DNA of 63,283 nucleotides, filler included, from Chiloscyllium plagiosum (taxonomy: Eukaryota): NCBI RefSeq assembly GCF_004010195.1. It is 4 parts of one record of this genome, joined end to end, with 100 filler letters (N's around TTAATTAATTAA, not from the genome) between each part and the next. Parts side by side here need not be neighbours in the genome. Positions count along the whole stretch, not along the records: positions 1 to 27,755 come from NC_057715.1; 3 more parts are not named here. One strand, given 5' to 3'. The notes beneath the pieces are model-generated. The model did no database searches. It was not told the DNA's origin and saw only the letters and a program-made list of their open reading frames with translations. Position 1 is the first letter of the stretch, and each line of letters starts with the position of its first letter. The position numbers were made by a program, and so were the translations under genes. This document shows, piece by piece, positions 1-12,580 of this stretch.

Positions 1-180
1 TGGGATCTTTCTTCCTTTTTGGAATGAACTGATCCTGCATCTTCTGCATTATACACAGAAATATCTGCCATTGTTCCTCCACTGTCATATTGCAGCACTG
101 ACAAAAGAACTCGAAGACCTCAGGCTCATCCGAGAAAACGAGATCTTTCTGGACAAGACCTTCAGCGATGGTCTCAAATT

Positions 181-785
181 GCAGATTGAAGCTTATTGTA
201 TTATGGTCACTATTTCCCAATGGCTCCTTCACTTCGAGGTCTCTGACCAATTCTGGTTTGTTACACAATACCAGATCCAGAATTGCCTTCTCCCTGGTCG
301 GCTCCAGCACCAGCTGCTCTAAGAATCCATCTCTGTGGCACTCCACAAAGTCTCTTTCTTGTGGCCCAATACCATCCTGATTCTCCCAGTCTATCTGCAT
401 GTTAAAATCCCCCATAACAACTGTAGTGACATCTTTTTGACAGGCCAATTTCAGCTCCTGATTTAACTTACATCCGACATCCAGACTGCTGTTTGGGGGC
501 CTGTAGATGACTCCCAAGAGGGTCTTTTTACCCTTAGTATTTCGAAGCTCTATCCACACTGACTCTACATCCCCTGACTCTATGTCCCCCCGCGCAAGGG
601 ACTGAATATCGTCCCTTACCAACAAGGCCACCCCACCCCCTCTGCCCGTCAGTCTGTCCTTACGATAACACGTGTATCCTTGACTATTCATTTCCCAGGC
701 CCTGTCCACTTGAAGCCACGTCTCAGTTATCCCCCAATTTCCAAAAGAGCCTCAAGCTCATCCATCTTATATCTAATGCTTCGTG
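181..785 (-). mobile_element. CR1 LINE ORF2 apurinic endonuclease fragment
   Basis: Minus-strand translation gives ITETWL, VVMGDFNMQIDW and FLEQLVLEPTREKAILDLVL...LGNSDHN, all CR1 APE motifs. Confidence 0.85.
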
Positions 786-1262
786 CATTCATGTGTAGGA
801 ATTAGGAATATTACATTTAATATTCCTAATTTAAAATGTTTTAAGGCTTCTTGCCTTTCTATTGTAAAAGGCAGAACAGGACTAGATCCTTTCAGCAACA
901 TTCTTTTAAATAATGAAAATGAAAATGACTTCAGAACAAGATCAACAGGAAAGCATGAGGTGACAGGTGACTAACCCAGAACAGTCCTTCATTCTGAGCA
1001 CAGCATCAGAGCAAAGAAATAATGATGTGAAGATGCAATTATCTACTTTTCTTAATCCCGATGAAGTTAACAAGAAGTTGAATTCCCAATAAACATTCCA
1101 AGTGTAAAAATACATGTTAATTGAAATTCATCAAAGATGTGCAGTGAATTTTAAGTACCTTTGATGGAACAATGCTTTGGAACCTAATTTGTAAAATAGT
1201 TTAATAAAGGAATGCATTTTTAAGGATCCATTTATATATATCATAAGATGTGACAAGGTTGT

Positions 1263-1395
1263 TCTGGGTACTTTGCATTGCTAGAAAACTAGATTGTTCA
1301 TAAATATTACTATAATACCATTTCAAATCACTTGAAATGGTATTATAGTAATATTTATGAACAATCCAGTTTTCTAGCAATGCAAAGTACCCAGA
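1263..1395. repeat. Near-perfect inverted repeat (64-bp arms, 5-nt loop, 1 mismatch)
   Basis: 1263-1326 is the reverse complement of 1332-1395 except A1291/C1367; the loop is ATCAC. Confidence 0.97.
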
Positions 1396-2895
1396 TAATG
1401 AACCATTACCCCAAAATACCTCGGGGACTTTTTAAACTTCTAATTCAGCTTTTTTTAAAAAAAAACTGTTAGTACATACAAATACAATGGTGCAGTCCTG
1501 TGTGGGAGCCATGCTCATGAATATGGGAATTTCACATGAAGGGGAATTACATATCAATAGAATGTCAGGCAAGTTTCAAACAAAGAATGAGATGTAACAG
1601 AAATGTTTTTGTCTTGTGCCCTTCCAGGAATATGCAAAAGGAGGTTAAAAATGACTGCAACTCTGACCCGTGTGTGCTTGCCGGAGAAAAAATGCTAGTG
1701 CAAGTAGGTATACTCGATTGAGTTCAAGTGTAAGTGTTCTGTGTTTAAATTGATTCAGGATGTTCTGGAAAGTTTCAATCCAATCTTATATTGATCTCAA
1801 AATTAAATAAATTGACTAATTGCAAAACTAAAGTCTTTGACAAGTGGAAAACTAAGGCTTAGAGCAAAATATGTGATTCTTTGTCTTTCCAAAACTCTTG
1901 AAGCCAATCAATTGAGTTTTTGTGAATGCTGCATTGTGAAAGCTAAACAAATGAAAATGTTGAAAAACATTGACTGATTCTTTGCTAATGATAATGGAAA
2001 TGCAATGCATCAGGATTTCAACATTGCTAACTCTGTAAACAGAGTAAGTATTCTCCTGTGCAGGCTGTATGACTGGAGAACTGTTTTCAAAAATTATATA
2101 AATTTACTAATTATATTTACACCATCATTATGACCATCTATTTCTGTCCCTAAAACATTTGTTGTGTTGTTCCTGGCTCAGCTCATCAGATGAAGAAACC
2201 TTCATTTGATTCTTTGTTTCTACAGGATATTTAGTCAAATATAAGGACTGAATAAACCATCTGTAATTAACAAAGGTTCTCAAGGACAGTATCCACGTTA
2301 AAACTGAGGCATACAAAGTAGCTAAAACTAATAGAGTCTTGGAAACGTACAGCACGGAAACAGACCCTTTAGTTCAACTCATCCATGCCGACCAGTTATC
2401 CTAAATTAATCTAATCCCATTTGCCAGCAGTTGGCCTATATCCTGCTAAACCCTTCCTATTCCTATACCGATCCAGATGCCCGTTGTAATTGTATCAGTC
2501 TCCACCACTTCCTTTGGCAGCACATTCCATACACACAACACAGTCTGCTTGAAAACGTTGCTCCTCAGATCTCTTTTAAATCTTTCCCCTCTCACCTTAA
2601 ACCTATGACCTCTAGTTTTGGACTCCTCCACTCTTGTAAAAAGACCTTGTCTATTTATCCTATCCATGGCCTTCATGATTTTATAAACCTCAATTAAGGT
2701 CACCCTCCAGCCTCTGACGCTCCAAGGAAAATAGTCCCAGTGTGGTCAGCCTCTCCCTATAGCTTAAACTGTCCAATCCTGGCATCGTCCTTGTAAATCT
2801 TTTCTCAACCCTTTTGAGTTTCAACAACCTGCTTCCTATGGCAGGGAGACCAGAACTGCATGCTGTATTCCAGTATTGGCCTAAACAATATCCTG

Positions 2896-3128
2896 GAGGA
2901 GAAAGTGAGGGCAGCAGATGCTGGAGATCAGAGCTGAAAATGTGTTGCTGGAAAAGCGCAGCAAGTCAGGCAGCATCCAGGGAACAGGAGAATCGACGTT
3001 TCGGGCATAAGCCCTTCTTCAGGAAATAAGCCCTTCCTGAAGAAGGGCTTATGCCCGAAACGTCGATTCTCCTGTTCTTTGGATGCTGCCTGACCTGCTG
3101 CGCTTTTCCAGCAACACATTTTCAGCAG
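2896..3128. mobile_element. Short fold-back Penelope-derived insertion with two hammerhead motifs and a 14-bp TSD
   Basis: Inverted arms; TAAACAATATCCTG at 2882-2895 and 3129-3142; CTGAAGA-AGGGC-TTAT-GCCC-GAAAC-GTC on both strands. Confidence 0.88.
3033..3068 (+). ncRNA. Minimal hammerhead ribozyme motif (PLE family A)
   Basis: CTGAAGA (3037-3043), stem II GGGC/GCCC, GAAA (3057-3060), palindromic ACGT stem III, GTC cleavage triplet. Confidence 0.7.
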
Positions 3129-4269
3129 TAAACAATATCCTGTACAGCCTCAACATGACCTCCCAACTCCTATACACAATGCACTGAACAATAAAGGCAA
3201 GCATACTAAATGCCTTCTTCACTATCCTATCTACCCACGACTCTACTTTCAATGAACTATGAACCTGCACTCCAAGGTCTCTTTGTTCAGCAAAACTCCC
3301 CAGGACCTTACTATTAAGAGTATAAGTCCTGCCCTGATTTGCCTTTCCAAAATGCAGCACCTCACATTTATCTAAATTAAACCAAGTCTGCCACTCTCCT
3401 GCCAATTGTCCCATCTGATCAAGATCCCATTGTCCTCTGAGGTAACCTTCTTCATTGACAACTTCACCTCCAATTTTCGTGCTGAGGAAGGGTCATTGGA
3501 TCTGAAACGTTAACCTGCTGAGCTTTTCCAACAAATTCTGTTTCTGTATCCAATTTTGGTGTCATCCTCAAACTTACTAACCATATCTCCTATGTTCACA
3601 TTCAAATCACTTATATAAATGACAAAAAGCAGTGAACCCACTGCCAGTCCTTGTTGCACACTGCTGGTCACAGGCCTCCCAGTCTGAAAAGCAACCCTCC
3701 ACCACTACCCTCTGTCATCTACCTTCAAGCAGTTCTGTATCCACATAGCTAGTTCTCCCTCAGTTCCATGTGATCTAACCTTGCTAACCAGTCTACCATG
3801 AGGAACCTTGTCGAACGCCTTACTGAAGTCCATATAGATCATGTCCACTACTCTGCCCTCATCAATCCTATTTGTTACTTCTTCAAAAGACTCAATCAAG
3901 TTAGTGAGACAAAATTTCCCATGCACAAAACAATATTGACTATTCCTGATCAGTTCCAAATACATATAAATCCTGTCCCTCAGGATCCCCTCCAACAACT
4001 TGCCCACCACAGATGTCAAGTTTGCTGGTCTCTCATTCCCTGGCTTCTCCTTACCAGCTTTCTTAAATAGTGACACTACGTAGCCAACTTCTAGTCTTGT
4101 GGCTATTGATAGTACAAATATCTCAGCAAGGGGCCCAGCAATCACATCGCTAACGTCCCACAGAGTTCTAGAGTACTCCTGATGAGGTCCTGGGGATTTA
4201 TCTACCTTTATGTGTTTTACAATGTTCAGCACCTCCTCCTCTGTAATGGTAGACCAGAGGACTAGGATT

Positions 4270-6150
4270 TTCTTTTAGGAGTCAGGAGCAGATGTCAAAA
4301 GACTTATTAAAGAGGAAGAAAATTTATTATGGGAGTAAATTAGAAAGATATATAAAATCAAACAGAAAGACCTTCTGAAAGTACATAAAAAGAGAGTAGC
4401 TATTGCAAAGGAGCAAACTTTGGAGAATGCAACATTGGGAGTTAATAATGGGAAACAGGGAAATTACAATAATGCAAATCAATATGTTGCATTGGTCTTC
4501 ATAGTGGAGGACACTATACACATCCCAAAGATAACAGATAAGTAAAATGCTAATCAGAGGAAAATTCTTGTAACATTCTTGATCACAAAGGACAAAGTAT
4601 TTGACAAACTAATGGGACTAAAGGCAATTAAGTCACCAGGATGTGTCAGCTTTCAAAGGAAGTGGCAACAGAAATGGTAGAGGAATTACTCAAAAAGTTC
4701 CTGAACTAATGGGAGTCCAAGAAATTGGAAAACCATTGTTGTAATACCTCTGATCAAAAGGGAGGTTAATGGAAACTATAGGCCACTTAGCCTTAACTTA
4801 ACAAATGGTGAAGTCCATTATTAATGATGAGATTTAGAACATTTGGAAAAGTGTGATGCAATCAAACAGAGTCAACATAGTTTGCGAAAGGGAAATCATG
4901 TTTGAGAAATTTTCTAGAGTTCTTTGAGGAAATAACGAGCAAGCGCTGTTTTTAAAAGGAAACTGATAGATATAGTGTATTTGGATTTTCAGAAGGTAAA
5001 GTGGCACATGAAAGTTTATTGTACAAGTTATAAGCTCATGGTATTGGAGTTACTGTATTAGCATGGATTGAAGATTGGTTAACACACAAAAGACAGAGGG
5101 CCAGAATTAATGGGTCTTTTTCAGGTTGGAAAGACATAACTAGTGCTGTGCCACCAGCATCAGTCCTATCGACTCAATTGGTTACTATCTATATTAACAA
5201 CTAGAAAAGGGGCAGAGACTAATATATCCAAATTTTCTGGTGATCCAAAAATAGGTGGGAGAGCATGTCCTGATATAGATATAAGGAATCTGCAGTGAGA
5301 AACAGATAGGCTGAATGAGTAGGCAAAAGACATGACAGATGGAATTTAATGTAGAAAAGAGTGAGGCCTGCACTTTAGTATGAATAATTAAAGGGCGAAC
5401 TTTTATTGAAATGGAGAGACTTAGAAAAACGTGCAGCACAGAGGAGTCTGGATGTTCTTGTGCATGGAACACAAAACATTAGAATGCAGGTGAAGCAAGT
5501 AATTAAGAATGTAAATGGAATATTGGACTTCTAAGTTAGGGGACTGGATTTTAAAAATACTGAACACTTGTTATAAATATACACGGTGCTAATGAGATGA
5601 CATCTTTAGTATTGTGCACAATTTGGGTCCTGTATTTAAGAAAGCAAATGCTAGCATTTGAGGCAGTTCAAAAGAGGTTCACCAGGTTGCTTCATTGGAT
5701 GCTGGAACTGATTTATCCAGGTCAGCTAAACAGGTTATGCCTTTAGTCATTATAGTTTAGAATAATGAGAGGTGATCTTATTGAGTCATAAAAGATTCTG
5801 ATGGTGCTCAACAGGGTAGATGTTGAGAAGGTATTTCGATCAGTAGGGAATCAAACTAGGGCACATGGTTGCAGGAAAACAGGGCAAACATTTAAAACTG
5901 AAATACAAAGGACTCTCTTCCCCCAGTGGGCAGTGAATGTCTGGTATTCTCTACCGCAGAGAACTGTAGAGGCTCAATCACTAGAGGTATTTAAAAAAAA
6001 TTTTTGAAATGTTGGGAGTTGAGGGCTGTGAGGAGGTGGCACAAAAGAGAGGTTGAGGCCTGGGTTAATCAGCAGTGACCTTATTGAGTGGTGGGCTATG
6101 CTTCAGGGGCTGATTGCCTCATTCTGCTCCTATTTCTTATGTTCTTAGAC
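4270..6150 (+). mobile_element. Old CR1 LINE, RT region and 3' end, heavily degraded
   Basis: Remnants such as DIVYLDFQK and GTGCCACCAGCATCAGTCCT (GVPQGS-like), with a CR1-type tail CTCCTATTTCTTATGTTCTTA. Confidence 0.8.
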
Positions 6151-6159
6151 TCAACTATT

Positions 6160-6660
6160 GGAGTACACTCCCAAAACCTACCTTCTAAGAACATATGGTC
6201 ATCCAAAACTCTGTTGTCTTAACTCACGATGAGCCTTGTTCATCTTCCCCATGTTTACTGATCTGTTGGATCCCAGTCAAGCAATATCTTAACTTTAAAG
6301 TTCTCATCTTTGTTTTCAAATTCCTACATGACCTTGTACTACCCTTTCTCTCCAACATCCTTTTACCCAATATTTATTTGAGATATCTGCACTCCTCTAA
6401 ATCCAGCTTTTTGTGCAATCCAAATAATTATTGCACCACCACTGGATGGCTGTGCCTTCAGTTGTCCCAGGCTCAGACTCCACTTCGTTCCACTGCACTA
6501 CCTCACTTTCCTCTGTGATACTTCTTTAATACCTATCACTTTGATAAAGCTTTTGGACATCTGACCTAATATCTGTTCATACTTCATTTTAAAATGATCC
6601 TCTGAAGTGCTTGGATGTGTCATTACATTAAAGGTGTTGTATCAATCAAGTTGTTATTGA
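6160..6660 (+). mobile_element. L2 LINE 3' fragment
   Basis: WIPVKQYLNFKVLIFVFK resembles the L2 C-terminal LHWLPV motif; tail ends in CAAGTTGTTATTG. Confidence 0.65.
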
Positions 6661-7361
6661 ATTATTATTGTCTGTAATACATGTATTTGTGCACTTTATT
6701 AAAGCTGGTTTTGAAAAGGAAATAATATCTGTGGAGAAACAGGCATAGTGCCAACTTGTCTGCTCTTTCCACAGACACTAGCTGACCTTCATGATTCCTT
6801 TATTTCATCTGAAGCTTGTATCTTACTGTAGTTCCACAGATAGTATTTCATACTGATCAATGTAAATCATAGAACCAGAAATTTTGTTTTTTCTCACATA
6901 TACTTATTGATCAACCTTTTATCTATTTAATTCACTCTGTTGGGTCTTACAATTCTGAAATAAATGTGTATACTTTGGTGCTGTAATTTGGAAAATTGAA
7001 AAATGCTAATGTATTCTGTTTGCCCATCCACAAAGGAAAAGGATCATTTCAATTAACATATGTTATTTACAGCCTCATGGTACCATAGAGATCTATTTGA
7101 CAAACTCATATTAATCGATTGCACCATTTCAATATGAAAGACTTTTATGTGAACTTGACTGTTCCTACACACAGAAGTGCAAGTCTAACTGAAGTCATAC
7201 CTAGCTCATTAGAATGATTGCTGTCGTTACTGGAGCACATCATTACAAGGGTAGTGCAGTGCAGGGTAGTGTTCTACTTCAGCAATCTTCAGTTGCTTCA
7301 ACAGTGACGTTCTATCTATTATGGCATTTGTAGTGGAGATGTTTGCTAATGATTGAACTTT

Positions 7362-7710
7362 GTCGAAAAGGGTAACGCTGGAAAAGCACAGCAGGTCAGG
7401 CAGCATCTGAGGAGCAGGAGCAGGAGGGTTGACGTTTTGGGCATAAGCCCTTCATCAGGAAGGGGGAAGGGAGATGAGAGATAAATAGGGGCGTGGGGTG
7501 GGGGTTGGGGTAAGGTAGGGGAATGGCAGGTGGATGCAGTTGGGGGCTAATTGTGATAGATCAGTGGGGAGAGTGAAGCGGATAGGTAGGAAAGAAGATG
7601 GACAGGTAGGTCAGGTCTGCTGCTTGGATGCTGCCTGATCTGCTGTGCTTTTCTAGCACCACCCTTTTCGACTCTGACTCACCAGCAACTGCAGTCCTCA
7701 CTTACTCCAA
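7362..7710. mobile_element. Penelope 3' fragment with inverted segment
   Basis: Same terminal sequence as the other PLE copies; hammerhead-like motif on - at about 7430-7462. Confidence 0.75.
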
Positions 7711-8159
7711 TGATTGAGCAATGCTTAGTAAAATTAATGAATCTTCAGATACTAAAGCAATTTGTGCCTGCATACAACAGGATTTGGCCACATACAGATG
7801 TGGTTTACTAAGTGGTTAGTAACATCTATGCCAAGCAAGTACCAGGCAATTATCAACTTCGTTATTCACTCTAGACATTCACACTTGGCGATATCCAGCG
7901 GATAATACACACTGCAGTCATGGTGTACCAATGGTGGAGGGAATTAATGGTGGAGTACTCCATCACATTTCTAAGTTGTACCTTGTAGATGATGAAGATG
8001 TTTTAGGGAGTCAGTCGGTGAGTTACTTGTCATAGAATTCCCAACCTCTGACCTGTAACTGCGCAGAATATTTATGTGGTTTACATACCTAATTTTCTAA
8101 GCAATGGTAGCCCCAGAACAGGAGATTCAGCAATGATAATGAACATCAAGGGGAGATGC

Positions 8160-8660
8160 CTGCCACTTCAAGATACCACCTTATTCCCTGGCCAACATCT
8201 CTGTCTCAGGCCTAATGCAGAAGCTCAGCACAAGCTGGAAGAGCAGCATTTCATTTTCCACTTGGGGAGCCTGCAGCCTCTGTACTCAATATCAAGTTAA
8301 AATTTTTTAGAACTTGAAGCACCTGCTCCCTTGTCCTTATCGCAACCCCCCACCAACCAGGCCTTGTTATCACATGGTCTGCTATTACACACTACCCACT
8401 GTTAGCCACTAATAGTCCCCATTAACAGCTATTCATTCATCCAGGCTGACTGTTATGGACTCTTTTGTCTGTCCAACTGTTCTTCTGTCTCTTTGGGCTC
8501 CATCTCCACCTATCGTTTAAACCACAATTTTCCTAATGACCATCAGTTCTAAAGAAGGGTCACTGGACCCGAAACATTAACTCTGATTTCTCTGCACAGA
8601 TACTGCCAGACCTGCTGAGATTTTACAGCAATTTGTTTTTGTTTCTGATTTACAGTGTTT
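8160..8660 (+). mobile_element. Penelope 3' fragment (family C, degenerate hammerhead)
   Basis: HKLEEQHFIFHLGSLQP is a PLE C-terminal motif; CTAAAGAAGGGTCACTGGACCCGAAACATTAAC at about 8549-8581. Confidence 0.75.
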
Positions 8661-9109
8661 TAATCAAGGGGAGAAAGTTACATTGTTTGGATGATTATTT
8701 CTGGTTCATCAGTGTTTTTTTTATTCATTCATGAGATCTGGGCATTGCTGGCCAGGCCAGCATTTACTGTCCATCCTTAATTGTCCAAAGGGCAGTTAAG
8801 ATCAACCACATTGCTGTAGGTCTGGAATCACGTGTCGGCCAGACCAGGTAAGGATGGCAGGTTTAGTGAACCAAATAATTCCATTCCCTGTAGGGTATCA
8901 GCAAACCAGTTGGCTGAGCAGACCTTTGAGATTCATTGAGCGACATTTCCATTGTTTGGACTGCTCTGGAAGAACCATGCAACACTCTCCAGATTGCATG
9001 TCACAATTCACCCCACGGTCTGCTGCATCCTGTCTAAATTTATCCTTGCAGTACCTGGTATATATTGAGTAGCTGAGGCGCAGGAAGAAAAGGAACGGAT
9101 CTTCATTGC

Positions 9110-9705
9110 TCAGATCTTTGAGGATAGGAGTTGAGACATCATATTGAGGTTGTATGGATGTTGGTGAGGCCTTTCCTGGAGCACTGTGTGCAGTTCTGGT
9201 CGCTTTGTTATAGGATAGGTATTACTAAACTGGAGAGGATTCAGAAAAGATTTACCACCATCAGTACACCATGACTATAGTGTGTATGATGAATAGGCTA
9301 GGACTTTATTTAACAGAGCATTGGAGGTTGAGGGGTGATTTTTTGAACTGTATAAAATAATGAGGAGCATGGCTAAGGTGACTATCAAAGGTCTTTTTCC
9401 CTGAGGTGGGAGAGTTCCAAATTAGTGGGCATATTTTTAAGATAAGAGAAGAAAGATTCAAAAAGGACATGAGGGGCGACGTCTTTACACAGAGAATGGT
9501 TCGTGTGTGGAATGAACTGCCAGAGGAAGGGTGGATGCAGGTACTGTTACAAAATATAAAAGGCATTTGGATAAGTACATGAATTGGAAAGGTTTGGAGG
9601 GTTTTGGGCCAAACATAGACAGGTGAGACCAGTTTATTTTGAGAATGTGGTCAGTGTAGACTAATTGGACCAAAGGGTCTATTTCCATGCTGTATGACTC
9701 TATGA
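9110..9705 (+). mobile_element. CR1 LINE 3' end
   Basis: EHCVQFWS-like segment, VWNELPEE, and a CTGTATGACTCTATGA tail. Confidence 0.85.
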
Positions 9706-9777
9706 AAGGCGAAGGAGGAGGAAGAATAGAAGGAGGGCAACAAAGGAGGGAAGGTAATCAACACATTCCTTTTCTGG

Positions 9778-9986
9778 AGAAAGTGAGATCTGCAGATGCT
9801 GGAGATCAGAGCTGAAAATGTGTTGCTGGAAAAGCGCAGCAGGTCAGGCAGCATCCAGGGAACAGGAGAATCGACGATTCTCCTGTAAGCCCTTCCTGAA
9901 GAAGGGCTTATGCCCGAAACATTGATTCTCCTGTTCCCTGGATACTGCGTGACCTGCTGCGCTTTTCCAGCAACACATTTTCAGCC
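9778..9986. mobile_element. Short fold-back Penelope-derived insertion with 16-bp TSD
   Basis: CACATTCCTTTTCTGG at 9762-9777 and 9987-10002; inverted arms; CTGAAGAAGGGCTTATGCCCGAAAC on +. Confidence 0.88.
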
Positions 9987-10569
9987 CACATTCCTTTTCT
10001 GGCCAATCTATCTGTGATAGGCTATTTGGGACTAATGGATGCAATGCCAATTTTCATTCAATTCTCACACACCTTACCCTCCTCTGTTACTTGCTGTATC
10101 TTTTCACTAGAACTATGAAATAAGTGCCACTTGAAACCAAATAATCCACGTCAATGTAACATACAAATGCATACCAATCACCTGCAATGCTACTCTTGTG
10201 CATTGAATGAGAGTCTGTAATTTGTTTTTTTCCTGATCTTGAGCCCCAGTGAAGTACTACCCCAGTGGCTAAGTATGTCTAATGGAAGACGTGGCTAACT
10301 TCCAGGCTGAGGATGGTTTTGCAGGACATTCTCCAAAGCTCTGACCATAGTAGGCCATGCTTTGCATTGTACTATGTCAGCACGGACAGCAGTGAGGTAA
10401 CAGCAAGGGACTGGTAAAAAGGCAGTGGTGGAAGGAAAATACCATCAACTCTGGAAATCACAGCAAGTCCATGCTCCACTGAGACCCCTGTGGCAATGTC
10501 CCAGCAGTCTTTGCAATCAGGTGATTCTGAGACTGCTGTGAGATTTCATGTCCCCTTTGAATACTGCTA

Positions 10570-11470
10570 GCAGATGGAGTAAACCATTCAGCCCATCAAA
10601 CCTACTGTACCATTTAATATGATTGTCAATCATCCAACACTTTGTTTTACCAACAGTATCCGCATAATCTTTACACTATTAGTAATCAAAAATCTCAATT
10701 TATACTTACAATATGCTCAAAGACTGAGCTTTCCTAGCCCTCCCCGGTAGAGAATTTGAAAGATTTATAACTTTCTGTGTAAAAACATTTCTCCTCATCT
10801 CAGTCCTAAATGGCATTCCCTTTCTTTTTAAATTGTACCCATCAGTTGTAGACTCTCCAATCAAAGGAAACCTTTTACCCTATCTATTCCTTTAATGATC
10901 TTGTGGTTTTCAATAAGATGACCTCTCATTCTTCAAAACTCTAGATTCTACAGGCCAAGTTTGTCCAATCTCTCTTCATAGGATAATATTAACACTCCCT
11001 CAATGGCAATGATTTCTTTCCTGAGATAAGGAGACCAAACCTGCACACAATAATCCAGGTGCAGTTTCACCAAACACCTATACAACTGAAGCAAATCTTC
11101 ACCACGCCAGTACTTAAATCCTCTTGCAATAAAGGCTAGCATTCAAATAGCCTTCTTAGTAGCTTTCTGCACCTACAAGCCAGCTGTCAGTGACTTATTC
11201 ATAAAACACTTGGATAATTGTTTTGAATATTTCCACTTTGCAACTTATTACCATGTAAGATATGTTCTGTACATTTGTCTTTCCTACCAGAGTGATAATT
11301 GCGCAGTCTTCCATATTATGTTCTGTCTGCCATGATCTTGCCCACTCACTAAGCCTGTCTAAATTCGCTTCAAACCACTTAACATCTTCTGTAAAACACA
11401 TTTTCATGCTGAGCTTTGTATAATCTGTAAATTTGCAAATATTACATTTGGTCCTACATGTTTCTCTCAT
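10570..11470 (-). mobile_element. Old CR1 LINE 3' fragment
   Basis: ORFs 10948-11142 (LDYCVQVWSPYLRK) and 11195-11485 (KFTDYTKL). Confidence 0.85.
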
Positions 11471-12039
11471 TTCTATTAAAACCATGCCCTACACTATCTG
11501 GTGCCCTGTAAACAACTTCAACCAATGACTGCTGTCCTTTACTGATTTTTAGTTCTAATCAAATAGATTTCATATATTCTTCATCCAAATTCAGTTCACC
11601 ATGGTGACCATGCAGCCACAGTATCCAAAGCTCTGATGGTAGTAGTTTGAATATTCATGGAATGATCATCCATGACTTCAGGCTGAACGTCCATCACAGA
11701 TAGTGTTTGGCCTTTTTTTGGTGCTGCAGTGGAAGCTGAAACTCAGAAACACCAGAAACTGTATAATGATTAGGTTATCAATAAGCCTTGAGGAATTAAC
11801 AGTACTTCTTCGCTGCAAAGAATGAGTTTGAAGCTCTCAGCAAATCAATGTGCAAGGTTGGTATTAGACTCCTTGACAATGAATGCAGACCTTCTGTCAG
11901 GTCTGCAAAGACACAAAGAATTTCAGTAGTCATAAACGTCTGCCTTTTTCCGTGCTCCATCAAAACCGTGATCTGCATTCTCTGCAGTGAAACTAAGTGG
12001 CTTATGTTGAAAACATCTTCTCAGACTACTGTGAGATTG

Positions 12040-12580
12040 ATAGGGAGGGCCTCAACCGGGACCTTGGGTTCATGTCACATTACAGGTGATCACCATTGCA
12101 CTACACACACACACACAGATATTCCTACACACACACACACTCTCTCTCACATGCAGGTACTCCTATACACTCATACACACGGACACACATATGTAAAACT
12201 TTGTTATTTCACTTTTTAGATTGGAATCAATCTAAACATCAGGTCAAAGACAGAGAACACAGGGGGCTAACACCTTCAACATATTGTCTAGCTATCACCA
12301 TTGTTAACAGCTAACCCGAGAATGCAACTTTTAAAAAAAAGGGTTTTGTGATTTACACATGAAAGAAGTGAAACTATCACTGTATTCTAACAGATGAAAG
12401 GCTTAACAGACAATCAATTCTTCAATGTATAATTTCAGTTACATCACACTGCAAATTTTTGCTATAAATTCTGTTACGATCGAGCCCTCGACAATCACCT
12501 GATGAAGGAGCGTCGCTCCGAAAGCTAGTGTGCTTCCAATTAAACCTGTTGGACTATAACCTGGTGTTGTGTGATTTTTA
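12040..12580 (+). mobile_element. Penelope family B 3' segment with (CA)n tract, hammerhead and 15-bp TSD
   Basis: ACTACTGTGAGATTG at 12025-12039 and 12581-12595; same family as 27037-27755 and 60614-60975. Confidence 0.85.
12496..12530 (+). ncRNA. Minimal hammerhead ribozyme motif (PLE family B), intact
   Basis: CAC-CTGATGA-AGGAGC-GTC-GCTCC-GAAA-GCTA-GTG: stem I CAC/GTG, stem II GGAGC/GCTCC, palindromic AGCT stem III, CTA cleavage triplet. Confidence 0.8.

Larger units (their letters stand above)
2335..4250 (-). mobile_element. CR1 LINE 3' half (RT domain and 3' tail), decayed
   Basis: ORFs 3705-4232 (DKSPGP, YMDFSKAFDKVPH), 3049-3414 and 2446-2703 are CR1 RT/C-terminal pieces; interrupted by PLE-derived inserts. 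Confidence 0.92.

Noticed and set aside
2928..3119. Recurrent small ORFs MCCWKSAAGQAAS... and MPETSILL... as a micro-protein family
   Set aside because: They are translations of the non-coding Penelope terminal repeat.
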